Below are positions 27,521-41,559 of a DNA stretch of 64,000 nucleotides, piece by piece; position 1 is the first letter of the stretch, and each line of letters opens with the position of its first letter. The stretch lies in NCBI RefSeq assembly GCF_009914755.1, contig NC_060928.1, one strand, 5' to 3'. The notes beneath the pieces were generated by a model. It was not told the DNA's origin, did not search any database, and was given only the letters and a program-made list of their open reading frames with translations. The position numbers were made by a program, and so were the translations under genes. The DNA is from the human T2T-CHM13v2.0 reference genome, Homo sapiens.

Positions 27521-27849
27521 TCAGGCTGGGCATCGTGCAGCGGCTGGCGTGGGTGACAGTCAGCACCTCCTACACTCAGCGCACACCAGCGAGGATGGGC
27601 AACATCAGCGCCGGATGTGGGGCCACGTGCAGCAGCAGGAGGACAACCCTGTGCGGCATGTGGGTGGCGCCTGGGCAACCCTGAGTGCAAACTTGATTCT
27701 GTATCTAGAAAGGAAGGAGAGGAGGGAGTGGGCATGACACTCCACCACCTGTCCGCCACCTCTGCACTCGCCTCCGCTCCACCGGCCCAGGTCCTCTCCA
27801 TGCCCCGTGTCTCCTTATATCCTAAGCTTGGCAACTGCCGCTGCCACCG

Positions 27850-27916
27850 CCTCTTCCTCCTCCTCCTCCTCCTCCTCCTCCTCCTCCTCTTTCTCCTCCT
27901 CCTCCTCTTCCTCCTC
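27850..27916. repeat. (TCC)n trinucleotide repeat
   Basis: Directly visible. Confidence 0.93.
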
Positions 27917-29891
27917 TATGAGGCCTGCCCAGCTTCCTTGGGCTTCCCTCAGCCCTGGTGCAACACACCAGGTGGGCATCAACTCTGGGGTCTGCCTGCC
28001 TCCTGGGACCACGGATTTCTGCAGGCTGGCAGGGGCTGGGTCCTCAGTCATGCCCACGATGGCCCAATACCACCTGCTGTTTGCAAAGTAGACAGCTAGT
28101 TCTGAGGTATGTGACATAGGATCTGCTGTTCCCACTGTTCCTGGGCCAGGTCGAATGTTTTACTGGCCAAAATGATGGCTGCATACATTTTATATGAATA
28201 CATTGAAACACCCTTTGAGTCTCAGCATCCTCGTCCATCCCCCGGCAACAGCTCCCTGAACGGGCTTACCGTTTCTGAGGATTAGATCAGGGATGAGGCA
28301 CGTGAGGTGCTTAGCACTGAAAAATTCTCCCCACTATTATTTCAGCTCAAGGTGGGCTCAGGAGATGACCTTGACAGAGAACCCTCTCCTCTGCAAAGCA
28401 GATGAACATTGGGTGTTTTAGAAGAAAGATTCTCTGAAGCCGAGCACACCAACAGCAGCACAGGAAAGCCTCCCAGGCTCCCGAGGAATGTTTCACAGCC
28501 TCCAACTGTGCCTTGGTACATATGGGAGGGAGGGAGCGTTGGCTGGTTTCAGCACGGGGCCAGGGGCCAGGTTTGCTCTCTGCATGTTTGAGGGGGTCTA
28601 GGCGGGGCAGCCAGGTCATTGTCCTCATTCCCTTCTCTGGGCTCAGTCCCCAGCTCTGCGATGGGTGGGGACGAGTCAGAAGGGAGCTGAGTAGGCCTGA
28701 TTTTCCCCAGTGGGAGGAGGCTGGAGCTTTTTCTGACTTTCTCCCTACCCAACTCCAATCGCACAAAGGTGCTTGGCAATGGAACTCAATATCCATATGT
28801 TCTCCCAGGCCCCAGTACAAGCGCCTTGTTCAGACCCACAGAAATGGAAGGGCTGGGAGCTCACCTGGCTCCAATCCCCACCGGCTTTGCCTGGCCCCAG
28901 GGAGGCAGCTGTCCTTCAACAGTCACTGGGGAGGCCTGCCATTACGGTCACATGGTCTGACCCCTCTCATCTCCATGTGAAAGCTGAGGGGCTGAGGCTC
29001 AGAGAGGGCTAGTGACTTGCACCAGGTCACACAGCTGGGAGGAGGCAGAGCAGAACTCCAATGCCAAGCCTCGCTCTACCGCCCTTGGCCACCGTGGAGA
29101 ATTGCCGGGACCGTCTCACTCCCATTCAGCCGGAACGGCCCCGCGTTTGGTCTCCACAAGCCTGTTTCCTCGTTCCTCAATGGCCCCAACAGTCTCCAGC
29201 TTCCTCCTGGACTCCCACCCACAGTAGCCACCACTGAGGCCTCAGTCTTAACTTTTCCAAAGGAGACCCACCTTGGAAACCCACAACCTACAGGACCAGC
29301 CCGGCCAGTCCAGGCTCCCTCCACTGAAGTCACCCAGCCCCTGGCCAGAGCAGGGACCCCTCTGAGCTGAGCTGTCCCTGTGGCCACCTTCACCGTTCTC
29401 GGGGCTTACCTTGGGCTACCCACAGGCACAGGGCCACCCCCTTCTCACCCCAAGGTCCTGAAACCCACATTCAGTCCCCTGAAGATCACTGGTTCCTCAG
29501 ACACACCACCCAGAGCCAGAACCAGACTGGACCATCAGCTGCAGCTCCAGGAAGCCGCCTGTGACCACTGCCAGCTGGGCCCGGGCCCCTCTCGGTCACG
29601 GCGCCTCTGAGCATCCTGCACATCGGAGGCTGCCCATCCACGTTTGTCTCCCCCACCAGACAGGGGGCTCCTTGTGGGCAGGGACCCCTCAGGTCTTATT
29701 CACCTCTATGTTCACAGTGCTCAATCCCAGAGCACACACAGTAGGTGCTTCGTGGCTTGTGTGTTGAGTGACCATATGATCAAACGCCCGAGGCGGGGGC
29801 ATTTGCACTGGGGACAGGGCAGCTAGGACCACATCCTTCTCACCTCCGCTGAGCACCCTGGCCAGATGCCAGGGACGTCTGACATGCTGTC

Positions 29892-30789
29892 TGTAAACCA
29901 AAAATTAAATGCTGGGGCTCCCCAGCCATCTCAATGGACTCTATCCACTTGGCCAGGGCATGCCAAAGTTAACCTGAAAGACTGGTTCAGGCCATGATGG
30001 GAAGCGGGGGTCAGACATGCCTCACTATGCCCGCCTCCCTTTGGAATTCAGGAAAAGCTCACCAGCATTTAACATCAACGCAGACCTTAAGTCTGATGAG
30101 AAACATTTACAGTCTATTCTCTCTGAAGCCTGCTACCTGGCAGCTTCATTTGCATGACAAAACCTTACACTCCACAGAGACATTCCTTTCTACAGATATT
30201 AACTCTTTCAACCAACTGCCAATCAGAACATTTTATTTTATTTTTTTTGAGACAGGGTCTCACTCTGTTGCCCAGGCTGGAGTGCAGTGCCATGATCTTG
30301 ACTCACTGCAACCTCTGCCTCCCGTCTCAAGCGATTCTCGTGCCTCAGCCACCTGAATAGATGAGATTACAGGCAAGTGCCACCATGCCTGGCTAAGTTT
30401 TGTATTTTTGGTAGAGAGCGGGTTTCACCATGTTGGCCAGGCTGGTCTCGAACTCCTGACCTCAAATGATCCACCAACCTCAGCCTCCCAAGGTGCTAGG
30501 ATTACAGGTGTGAGCCACTGCGCACGGCCAGTCAGAATGTTTTAAAATCTACCTATAACTTGGAAGCTCCTGCTTTGAGTTGTCCCACTTTCTCGACCAA
30601 ACCAATGTCAATCTTACATGTATTCTGATTGATGTCTCGTGTCTTCCTGACATGTATAAAATCAAGCTGCACCCCAACACCTTGGGCGCCTGTTCTCAGG
30701 GTCACATGAGGGCTGTGTCATGGTCACTCATATTTGACTCAGAATGAATCTCTTCCAGTATTTTACAGTTTCACTCTTTCCGTGGACAG
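29892..30789 (+). mobile_element. MER4-family ERV1 solo LTR, interrupted by an Alu
   Basis: tgtaaaccaaaaattaaa...aaagttaacctgaaagactggttcaggccatgatgggaag start; ...tttcactctttccgtggaca end. Confidence 0.8.
30231..30529 (-). mobile_element. Alu (AluS-like) inside the MER4 LTR
   Basis: Reverse Alu; a(a/g)tcagaa flanks. Confidence 0.92.
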
Positions 30790-31736
30790 GTCCTTGTCCT
30801 GGGAGAGCTCCCATCCCCATGGTGCAGAAGGGGCAGCCATGCGATCAGGGCCACCTTCCAGGCTGCAGAGAATAGTGAGTGCTCCCTCCTCCCTACTGCA
30901 ACCTTTCCTGGGGCCAGGTGCTCAGGGGTTGGCCTCTTGCTGAAGAGCAACCCTGAGGCAGGGATGGACTGGCTCCTGTGAGGGTCCTGGAGTCCCCCAG
31001 GAGCTGGCACAGAGGGGCTAGGACCGGGAGTCATTTCTCCTCTTGACTAGCAGGTAGCACTGAGAAGCTACTTCCACCTGGGTGTCGGGTTTCCAAAAAC
31101 AAGTGAGGTTGATGCTGCCGGGAGCCGGCCAGGTCTGCCTGCCTTCTGCATATTCTCTCCTTAACTGGCTTGCACCTGACGGAACAAAACAGAGCAGGAG
31201 GGCTCTCCCTCCCACCCCCAGGCCAGGAAGCGCCAGGCCCTCCGGACAGTTAGCTCCAAGGGGACCGAGATGTGTATGAGAACCATTAGGCCGGGAGCCA
31301 CGCCAGTCCCTGGACTCGGCGCTAAGAGGCCAGCCGCTCTCAGCCTGCGCCGCCTCCTCCCTGTGTTGGCCAGAGGCCAACTAGCCCTCTGTTAAAAATA
31401 ACTGCTTCAAAAGCAACTTCAAACAGAGCCCAGGAAACAAGGACGCCTGCACAGGCCCCCGAGCACAAGGACTCCTTCCTCCTCTGCTGGCAGCATCCGG
31501 TGGTTAAGTGACCCCTGCCCGCTAGGCCAGTGACCCGGAGGTCAGCACGGGCTGGCATCAGTGGGGACAGTGAAGCTGTTGCTGCCGCCTGGCCAGTCAG
31601 GCCTCCTGCAGGTCTCATGGCCGCTCCACAGTAGGGGTCAGAACCCGGGAGCTGGCGCCAGCCACCCCCCACCCCGCCCTTGCGGGGACCTGGCTGTGGC
31701 CGCGGAGCTCCCTTTTCTAGCCCTGGTCGGTTTCAG

Positions 31737-32066
31737 TGTGGTAGGAGTTATTAAGAAATTATTTTAGGGGCCGGGCGTGGTAGCTCACGCCTGTGATCCC
31801 AGCACTTTGGGAGGCCGAGGCGGGCGGATCCCGAGGTCAAGAGATTGAGACCATCCTGGTCAACATAATGAAACCCTGTCTCTACTAAAAAAAAAAAGAA
31901 AATACAAAAATTAGCTGGACGTGGTGGTGCGTGGCTGTAGTCCCAGCTACTTGGGAGGCTGCGGCTGAAGAATAGCTTGAATCTGGGAAGCAGAGGTTGC
32001 AGTGAGCTGAGATCACGCCACTGGCCACTGCACTCCAGCCTGAAGACAGAGCGAGATTCCATCTCA

Positions 32067-32097
<31 letters not shown>

Positions 32098-32672
32098 TTA
32101 TTTTAGGCAGATAGAAAGGAAAAGGGGTCCTTGGGCAGTTTTCGTTTTCAAAGCAGCTCTTAGAACCAGGCAGGCACCGTTTGATATGCAAATGCAGGCC
32201 ACTAGAAACTGGGTCCACCCAAACATGGCGATTCCTGTGGCCTTCTTGCCCTTGCCCCACATGTCCCTGGCACCATGGCCACCCCCACATATCCACATGT
32301 ATGTGGAACATCAGGGCGCCCTGCATTTGCATATTAAAAGACTAGGGTGGGAGGGCCAGCTTTTCCATGGGCTATGTGAATGACACGCCTGGTCAAACCA
32401 ATCGCCTAAGCCCTATGCAAATCAGACACTGCCACCTCGAGCCCGTGTATATACCTGACTGGTATCCACCCCACTTGGGGTTCCCTGTCTTGGCTTTGGA
32501 GCCCCCCCTCCCTCTTTCTCTCTACCAGGGAGCTTCTTCCTTCTGCCTTTCTTCTTTCTTGCCTATTAAACTCTCCGCTCTTTAAGACTACACCACGTGT
32601 GTCCGCGTTGTTTTTTCTAATTCTACTAGAGATGAAGACCCTGGTGTTTCTCCACTCATCGGAGCCACATCA
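31737..32672 (+). mobile_element. ERV1-type solo LTR (MER50-like, family uncertain), interrupted by an Alu
   Basis: TG start, CCAAT at 32398, TATA-like at 32447, ATTAAA at 32565, CA end. Continuous across the Alu TSD. Confidence 0.7.
31769..32092 (+). mobile_element. Alu (AluSc-like)
   Basis: 16-bp TSD aagaaattattttagg. Confidence 0.94.
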
Positions 32673-33574
32673 TCAGGAGACAGGGTGGTGTTCCCATGCA
32701 CACATGCAAGCCACAGTGTGGTCTGGTGGCCTTGGCGTGAGAGGCTCCCTCACTCAGGTCCCTTCCACAGGCCTTTGGTGGGCATGGAAGGATCTCACAA
32801 ATGGTGCGGGCCCTGTGGTCACTTCGGAGTCACACACTGTGGCTTGCTGAGGGAAGGGCTGCTGCCTTGCTCATCCCTGAGACCCAGCGCAGCCTCAGGG
32901 TAGCTTGTAGAATGAATCATGGACTGCAGCAGCTATTTGAGAGGACAACAAAATTCACAATGTGCCAGCTAGCTGCTGCGATCCTGGCCAAGCTCACAGC
33001 GGGATTTCATCGCGTGACTCTTCTGCCACCGTGGAAGGCAGAAAAGGGCAGACTTCCCCTGGGACCCCCTCCCCTGCCAAAAGCAGAGCCGCTAGGAGAG
33101 CATCAGGGACACAGGTGGGAAGCCAGGGCCCCTGCCTGCCCCCGTGCAGGCCTCCAGCCCTGCCTGCTCTGCTGGCCAGCAGGGGAGCTGGCCTTCCAGG
33201 AAGGGTCCAGATGCTGGGCATCCTGCAGCTTCGCTCAGACGGGCCTGCGTCGGAATGCTGTCCTGAACCCCATCAGACACTCTGAATGCCCCACTTTGTT
33301 CCCTGCAGGCACAGCTGCTCAAACAAGAGCCCAGACTTGCCGCTACAGGACATCAGAGTCACTCAGGACCCCCAAGGTAGCCTGCTTGGTGGAATGGATG
33401 AGGTCTACGGGATACCCCACATTCGAGAGTAAGTGGGAGGCCAGGGGTTGCTGAGATCCGCAGCAGGATGAGGACATGGCCTGGCCTGTGGGCCTTAGGG
33501 GTGTCCTCAGGTCCTGGACCACCAGCCAGATGGGGCCATAGACCACCCTTGGGTCACAGACCACCAGCCAGATG

Positions 33575-34014
33575 GGGACTGCCCCAAATCACTAAGCTAA
33601 AGGGAAAAGTCCAGCTGGAAACTGCTTGGGGCCAACCTGCCTCCCATTCTATTCAAAGTCACCCCTCTGCTCACTGAGATAAGTGCAGATCTGATTGCCT
33701 CCTTTCAGAACTCAAAAGAATGCAATCACTTGTCTCCTATCTACCCATGACCTGGAAGCCCCCTCCACGCTTTGAGTCATCCTGCCTTTGCTTCAAGTTT
33801 TCCCGCCTTTCCAGACTGAACCAATGTTCATCTTGCATATGTTGATTGATGTCTCATGTCTGCCTAAAATGTATAAAACCAAACTGTGCTCTGACCACCT
33901 TGCACACATATCACCAGGACCTCCTGAGGCTGTGTCACGGGTGCACATCCTTAATCTTGGCAAAATAAACTTTCTAAATTAACTGAGACCTGTCTGGGAT
34001 TTTCGGGGTTCACA
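33575..34014 (+). mobile_element. MER4A1-like ERV1 LTR
   Basis: aaatcactaagctaaagggaaaagtc...cacccctctgctcactgagataa...ggcaaaataaactttctaaattaactgagacc...gttcaca. Confidence 0.8.
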
Positions 34015-34149
34015 GACATGAGGGGGGTCTTGGGGACTGTTTGGGCCCCCTAACACTGTAGTTGTTCTCAAATTTTCACAGCCATTGGAGTTCACCAAAT
34101 GAGAGAAAAGCTCAGCAGGCCAGTCCACAAAGGCTCTTAGATGCCTCTT

Positions 34150-34490
34150 TGCTATGTACACTCCAAAATTTGTGTGTTGGAAACTTGGTGTCCTTTGTGA
34201 CAGTGTTGGAGGTGGGGCGTTTGGGAAGTGACTGTTCATGAGGGCTCTGCCTTCCTGAATGGACTGATGCCATTACTGTGGGAGTGGGTTAGTTATCTCG
34301 GGAGTTTGGCCCCTTTTTCCTCTTTGTTCATGAGTTCCCGCCTTCTCTCCCCGTCCTGCCACGGGACGGCTCTCATCAGATGCCGCACCCTGCTCCTGGA
34401 TTTCCCCACCTCCAGAACCATGAGCTGAATTAACTTCTTTTTACGTAGATTACCTTGCCTGTGGTATTCTGTGATATCAACAGAAAACAA
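34150..34490. mobile_element. MaLR (MST-like) LTR
   Basis: tgctatg...ggaggtggggcgtttgggaagtg...ctccagaaccatgagc...gtggtattctgtgatatcaacagaaaac. Confidence 0.72.
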
Positions 34491-34691
34491 AGATGCCCTT
34501 GTTCCATCTGTATTATTGCTCACCAGTCTACTTGTTTACCCTCCCCACCTCCTAAGCCTGGCTGCCCCCATCCTGCAGCCCGTGGGACTGGACAATGAGC
34601 CTGTAGAATCTGGTCAGTGTCCTCTTAACTGTACAAAGATGGTGCAGGAGCAGTGAAGGGTACATCAGAGACACCAGTGAATGCCACCAAC

Positions 34692-34750
34692 CTTGTTTCT
34701 GTCTTCAGTTCTGGCTGCTTGTCGACACGCCGGATGCCAGATGGAGGAAC
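34692..34750 (-). CDS. ABLIM2: ABLIM2 exon, 59 bp, end of LIM4: (G)SSIWHPACRQAARTEDRNK
   Basis: CAG acceptor (34751-34753) and AAG|GTTGGT donor. WHPxC closes LIM4. Phase 1 to 0. Confidence 0.95.
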
Positions 34751-35806
34751 CTGTTGACAAATTCCCAAGAGGGAAATGATTAGAGTTATTTCCCATGTTG
34801 CAGGGGCCTGTGTGGAAACGCAGAGGAGGGAGCTGGTCCATGCACAGACGTGCACTCGGACTCCACCCTCCAAGCGGCCCTGAGCATCCTCTCTGTGCTG
34901 GAGTTAGTGCCGGGCAGGGGGTACCCAGATCACAGTCCCCGCCCCTCAGGGGCTCACAGCCCAGTTGTGGGACGGAGGCAGGAAACAAACAGGGAAATGG
35001 CTGCTGTGCACTAACTGCTCCCACAGGAGGAGGCATAGGGTCTTGAGGAACCTGGGGGGCAGCTGGAAGATTCTTCTCTGAGGAGGGGGTATTTGAAGGG
35101 GTTTCAAGTCCCTGCCTAGGATGTAGGATTGGCTGCCTGCATGTTGAGGGCAATGGCTGGGCCCACCTGCAGAGACAGCTGGTGCTGCAACCTGGGTGGG
35201 AGCCAGCCTTGGGGAGGAGGACTTGCAGGGCAGGGCTCTAAGCTGAGAGGTAGGAAGAGAGAACCTCAGCTGGGAAGTGGGCCTGCTCCTTAGGGTATGG
35301 GGTGAAGAACAGGTGTGTTCGGTGGGAGCTGGGCACAAGGCTCAAACACCAGCCCCACCCTGTTACTAATTTACTCAGTCTCTGTGGCTTCTTGTGTCTC
35401 AGTTTCTCTAGCTGTCAGTTCTGCCCAGTCACCCATGTCAACAGCCACTACCATCAACATAACAAGGCCACCCGGCACCAAGTGCCCCCAGCATCCCTGG
35501 CACTCTGGTCTCTACTAATTTAACCTCAAACTACCCCAAGTCTTTGTTTTTGTTTTTTTTTTTTCCACCTAAGAATAGAGCTAATAAGAATTCTACCTTG
35601 TCAGGTCACTGGGTGAATTTAATAAAATCAAGCAGAGGTAATAAAGTATCAGAAAAGTGCTTTGTGAGTTGCTGCATACAAATGTTAGTTGCATTAGTGC
35701 GATCCTTCTTGTGCATGGGGGACTCAGTGAATGTCAACTCTCTCTGCCCACCTTCCCATCCTTCAGGATCTGGGGCACTTGCTCCTCCTGGGGCCTCCCT
35801 GAACCT

Positions 35807-36007
35807 CAGCCTGACCTGCCGCTCCCTGTGATGGGCTGGCACTGTGCTCACACACCCAGCCTGACCTGCTGCCCCCTGCGATGGGCTGGCACTGCACTCA
35901 CACACCCAGCCTGACCCGCCACTCCCTGCGAGGGGCTGGCACTGCACTCACACATCCAGCCTGACCCGCCACTCCCTGTGATGGGCTGGCACTGCACTCA
36001 CACACCC
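35807..36007. repeat. 50-bp minisatellite x4
   Basis: agcctgacc at 35808, 35858, 35908, 35958. Confidence 0.93.
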
Positions 36008-36335
36008 TCTGCTAGGTGCATGGCTGTGTCTCCATCTCTCACCCTTTGCTCCCACGAAGGTGAGGGCTGTGGCTGACTTGTGTATCCCACAAAAAAGCCA
36101 CACAGGCTAGCACATGGTAGGGGCTGAAAAGTGTGTGTGGAATGAGGGAACTTATCCCATCTCCTGCCTGCAAAGCCCTCTGGGTCATGTGGATTTCATG
36201 GCGGCTCGTTTCTAGGGACATAGCAGCAACTCGAAGCTCTGAGAGATGGTGATTGGACTACATGTGTGTGTGAGTGCATAGAAAACATTTCTTGTTTATA
36301 AATTAAAAATAAATTATGACCATAAAAGTAATAGG

Positions 36336-36753
<418 letters not shown>

Positions 36754-36803
36754 TTATAGTACAGGTGTACCTACAAATGGAAGGGGTTCAGTGTAATACA
36801 CAG

Positions 36804-37117
<314 letters not shown>

Positions 37118-37167
37118 TACAGACACATTTTCATATCCTACATATTTGCTTAAAAATGTCTTGAACA

Positions 37168-37490
<323 letters not shown>

Positions 37491-37579
37491 TTAATTAAAT
37501 TAAATATCAAAACATGCAACTTTAAGGGCTATACAATGTGGACAGATAAGAATTTTATCTCTCTACTCCTCTCCTGATC

Positions 37580-37900
37580 TTTCTTTTTTCTTTCCTTTTC
37601 TTTTCTTTCTTTCTTTTTTTTTTTTTTTTTTAAGACAAAGTCTCACTCTGTTGTCCAGGCTAGAGTGCAGTTATGCAATCTCAGCTCACTGCAACCTCTG
37701 CCTCCCAGGTTCAAGAGACTCTCATGCCTCAGCCTTCTGAGTAGCTGGGATTACAGGCATGCGCCACCACACCCAGTTTTAGTAGAGATGGGGTTTCGCC
37801 ATGTTGGCCAGGCTGGTCTTGAACTTCCGACTTCGGGTGATCCATCCACCTCTGCCTCCCAAAGTGCTGGAATTACAGGCATGAGCCACTGCACCTGGCC
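37580..37900 (-). mobile_element. Alu (AluS-like)
   Basis: Reverse Alu with shortened middle A-rich linker. Confidence 0.92.
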
Positions 37901-39719
37901 TCCTCTTTTGATCTTTCTAACGTTTTATTTATTTCTAAATGACATTGCAGGGGCTCCACTGCACACAACTGGCACATACTTCCTAGAAATGGAGTCTTGG
38001 CTCAAAGAGTGGGGTCATGTTTAGGGCTCTTGAGATTTTTCTGTCAGTTTCCCAATTTTCGCCCCTACTAGCTGCATAAGAGGCCTGTGTCCTTGACTTC
38101 TCACCAACATGGGGCTCACACTTCCTTTTTATCTTTTCACCCCAGTGGGAAAAAGGAGTATCTCATTATTTTAATACGGGCATCTTAACAATTAGCAGGA
38201 TCTAATGCCCCACCCCATGTTTATGGGAAAGTCCGCGGCAGGAACGGTGGTGGCATTGCGGGGGTTGGCCTGCCTCATCGCCCAGGAGACCGTGGGGGTC
38301 GCTGGGGCCCATGCTTTTCAGAGCCTTTATTGCAGCAGGATTTGCCAGCCAAATAACATCTGCATGGAGCCCCGACATCCCTGGAGGCCACACAGAGGGT
38401 CTCAGGATGACCAGGCAGGGTGGGTGCCCCAAGGAGGCCTGTGCCAGGGAGCAGAGCCTCAAAGCCACACAGCTGGTCAGACCTGTCATGATTCAGACTG
38501 AGAAATCCAAGTTAGGAGAGGGGACAGGCCTGGGTTCGACATCCCACAGAACCTCACAGCAGAAGCGGGGGCTGGCCTCAGGCCAGTCCTGAAGGGCGCC
38601 TTTGTTCCTGAGATGAGGTTACCCTTGATGTGAACTCGTGTCCCCGAGCTGCTGTCCCAAGGCCATTGTGCTCAGTGTCCACCGTGCCCCACTGTCTAAG
38701 GGTGCCCTTTACTGTGGGGGCCAAACCCCATGCAGAGCAAGGCCCCTGCCCAGACAGCCTGGCACTGCTGGGACGGTCCCAAAGGACCCTTTGACGGGCT
38801 CTCGAGCAGAGACTCAAGGAACAGGCGACACCGGGGACGAGGCTGTCCTGTCTGACATCACCCCGCTGGGTTCGGCCTGAGAAAGGCAGGCCTGTGTGAT
38901 CCACGGCCCTGTGACAATGGCCGCATGAGGTCATTCAACAGCCCGCAGGCACCTGCACGGCAGACGCTCTGACAGCAGCTCTCCCAGACCTGGCCGGGCC
39001 CAGCTGGCCTCTGGGAGCACTGGTGACAGAGAATCTTCAAAAGGGAGCTGTGGCTAAAGAGATGAAGTCACAATAGCAGACCTGTCCTCGCCGGGGCCCC
39101 TATGCCCCGTCCAATCCATCATCAAGTCTGGGGGCTGCACTCCAGCACATGGCCCCTGTCCCACCAGTGCTCGCTGGGACCAGACCCTTGGGTCAGGCTC
39201 CTCTGAATCCTCTTCTCAATTAGGCCTCGAACTTTGCCCAGGTCTCCACCATCACCCTCCCAACCCATCCAGTCTTAGGCCTGCCTGGCTCAGTTTCAGC
39301 GAGAATACTGCAAAATCAGTCTGGCAGGAATCCCCTGGCCTAGAAGCCTAATCTCCCTCCACTTCTGATTGAGTTCCTCATCCCATCTTTGACGACTCAG
39401 TCCTTAGCCTGTCTTCGGCAACCACCTTGTGGGGTCAGTTCAGCAAGAAGCCCAGTACCTCGAGCGACTTTCCACCTGCTGCCCCAACCCTGCTCATTGG
39501 CTGCAACCCCCACTGTCTGCCATATTCAAAATCTCACCCCCTCTCTCATCCATTGCGATGGTCCTGACTCCTGTTGGGAAGAGTCTTCCTTACCGGTTTT
39601 AATGAGTGCCACAATAATTTTCCTTAGCAGGGAGTGCTCAGGGAATGAATAAGCAATACATAGCGGGGTGGTCAGAGTGATAAGATGAAGCATAACTCTA
39701 GGTGCCTGTCTGCAAGGAG

Positions 39720-40645
<926 letters not shown>

Positions 40646-41471
40646 GTTGTCTCCCTCCTCCCCTGCCACTGGATACCTGCATTGTGAAGGTATAAAGGGT
40701 AGCCGAATGCCGCCATCAGAAGCTTAATTTAATTGTGAAAATGAGAAGCTATGAGCTAAAAAGGGTTAATCTGGGAGGAGGAGAGACGACCAGTCCTCAA
40801 GTCTCGCCCTTTCTTCAGGTCTGGCAGCCCACAGGACACCCCGCCTTTGTGATGACACTGATTTTTAATGGTGAGGGGGCCTGGGGCATTTCCCATGGGG
40901 CCTGTTAGAAGTCCGCTACATTTTCCTCCAAATCCTCCTTTCGTCAATGCTCTGTGGGGCTGGCTCTTCCCTTGCTCCTAGAAGAAAGCCTCGGCTGCTG
41001 CCAGTGACCCTCAGTACCTCATTACCAACCTCCTTTGTGGACAGAGGGGTTGCAGCAGGCTGGGGTGGCTGGGGCGGGAAACACCTAAAACTCCTAACTT
41101 GGACTCCCTGAGCTGGGGCGGCTTTCTAGAAGGGGCCTAAAGTGGCGACGGATGTGATCAGGCCGTATTTGTTTAAGCTTTGCTACTTGGAGCCAAATAG
41201 CCAGCACTTCTGGGTGCTGGTCTTTGGCTCGGCCCTTTTCCTTTCTTGCTGTTCTCGGGCTCGCTGAGATCATTGGACAGACAAGGCAGGCTGACGAGGC
41301 TGGCCTGGCACGTGCCACCGCCCTGCCCTGCCGGCTCCCCGCTGTGGCTGGGCTGCTCGTGACCTAGCGAGATGACACTGTCACCAACCTGTTCACACCC
41401 AGCATGTGTGTGGACCTCGAAGAGGGTAGTTCCTTGCTCTAGGGGACCAAACAACACATTTTAATTCATAC

Positions 41472-41559
41472 CTTGAAGATACATCTCTTCGCCTTCTGCA
41501 AACATCTGGCCGCACCTGACACATAGCGCGCAGGAAGGGTGGTAGTGCTTCTCTCCGGC
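41472..41559 (-). CDS. ABLIM2: ABLIM2 exon, 88 bp, LIM4: AGEKHYHPSCALCVRCGQMFAEGEEMYLQ(G)
   Basis: ttttcttacag acceptor, GTATGA donor, HxxCxxCxxC LIM ligands. Phase 0 to 1. Confidence 0.97.

Noticed and set aside
34686-34692. Weak GTTGGT donor suggesting a pseudo-exon
   Set aside because: The exon supplies the last LIM4 ligands and is needed to keep the frame; exonic AAG compensates.
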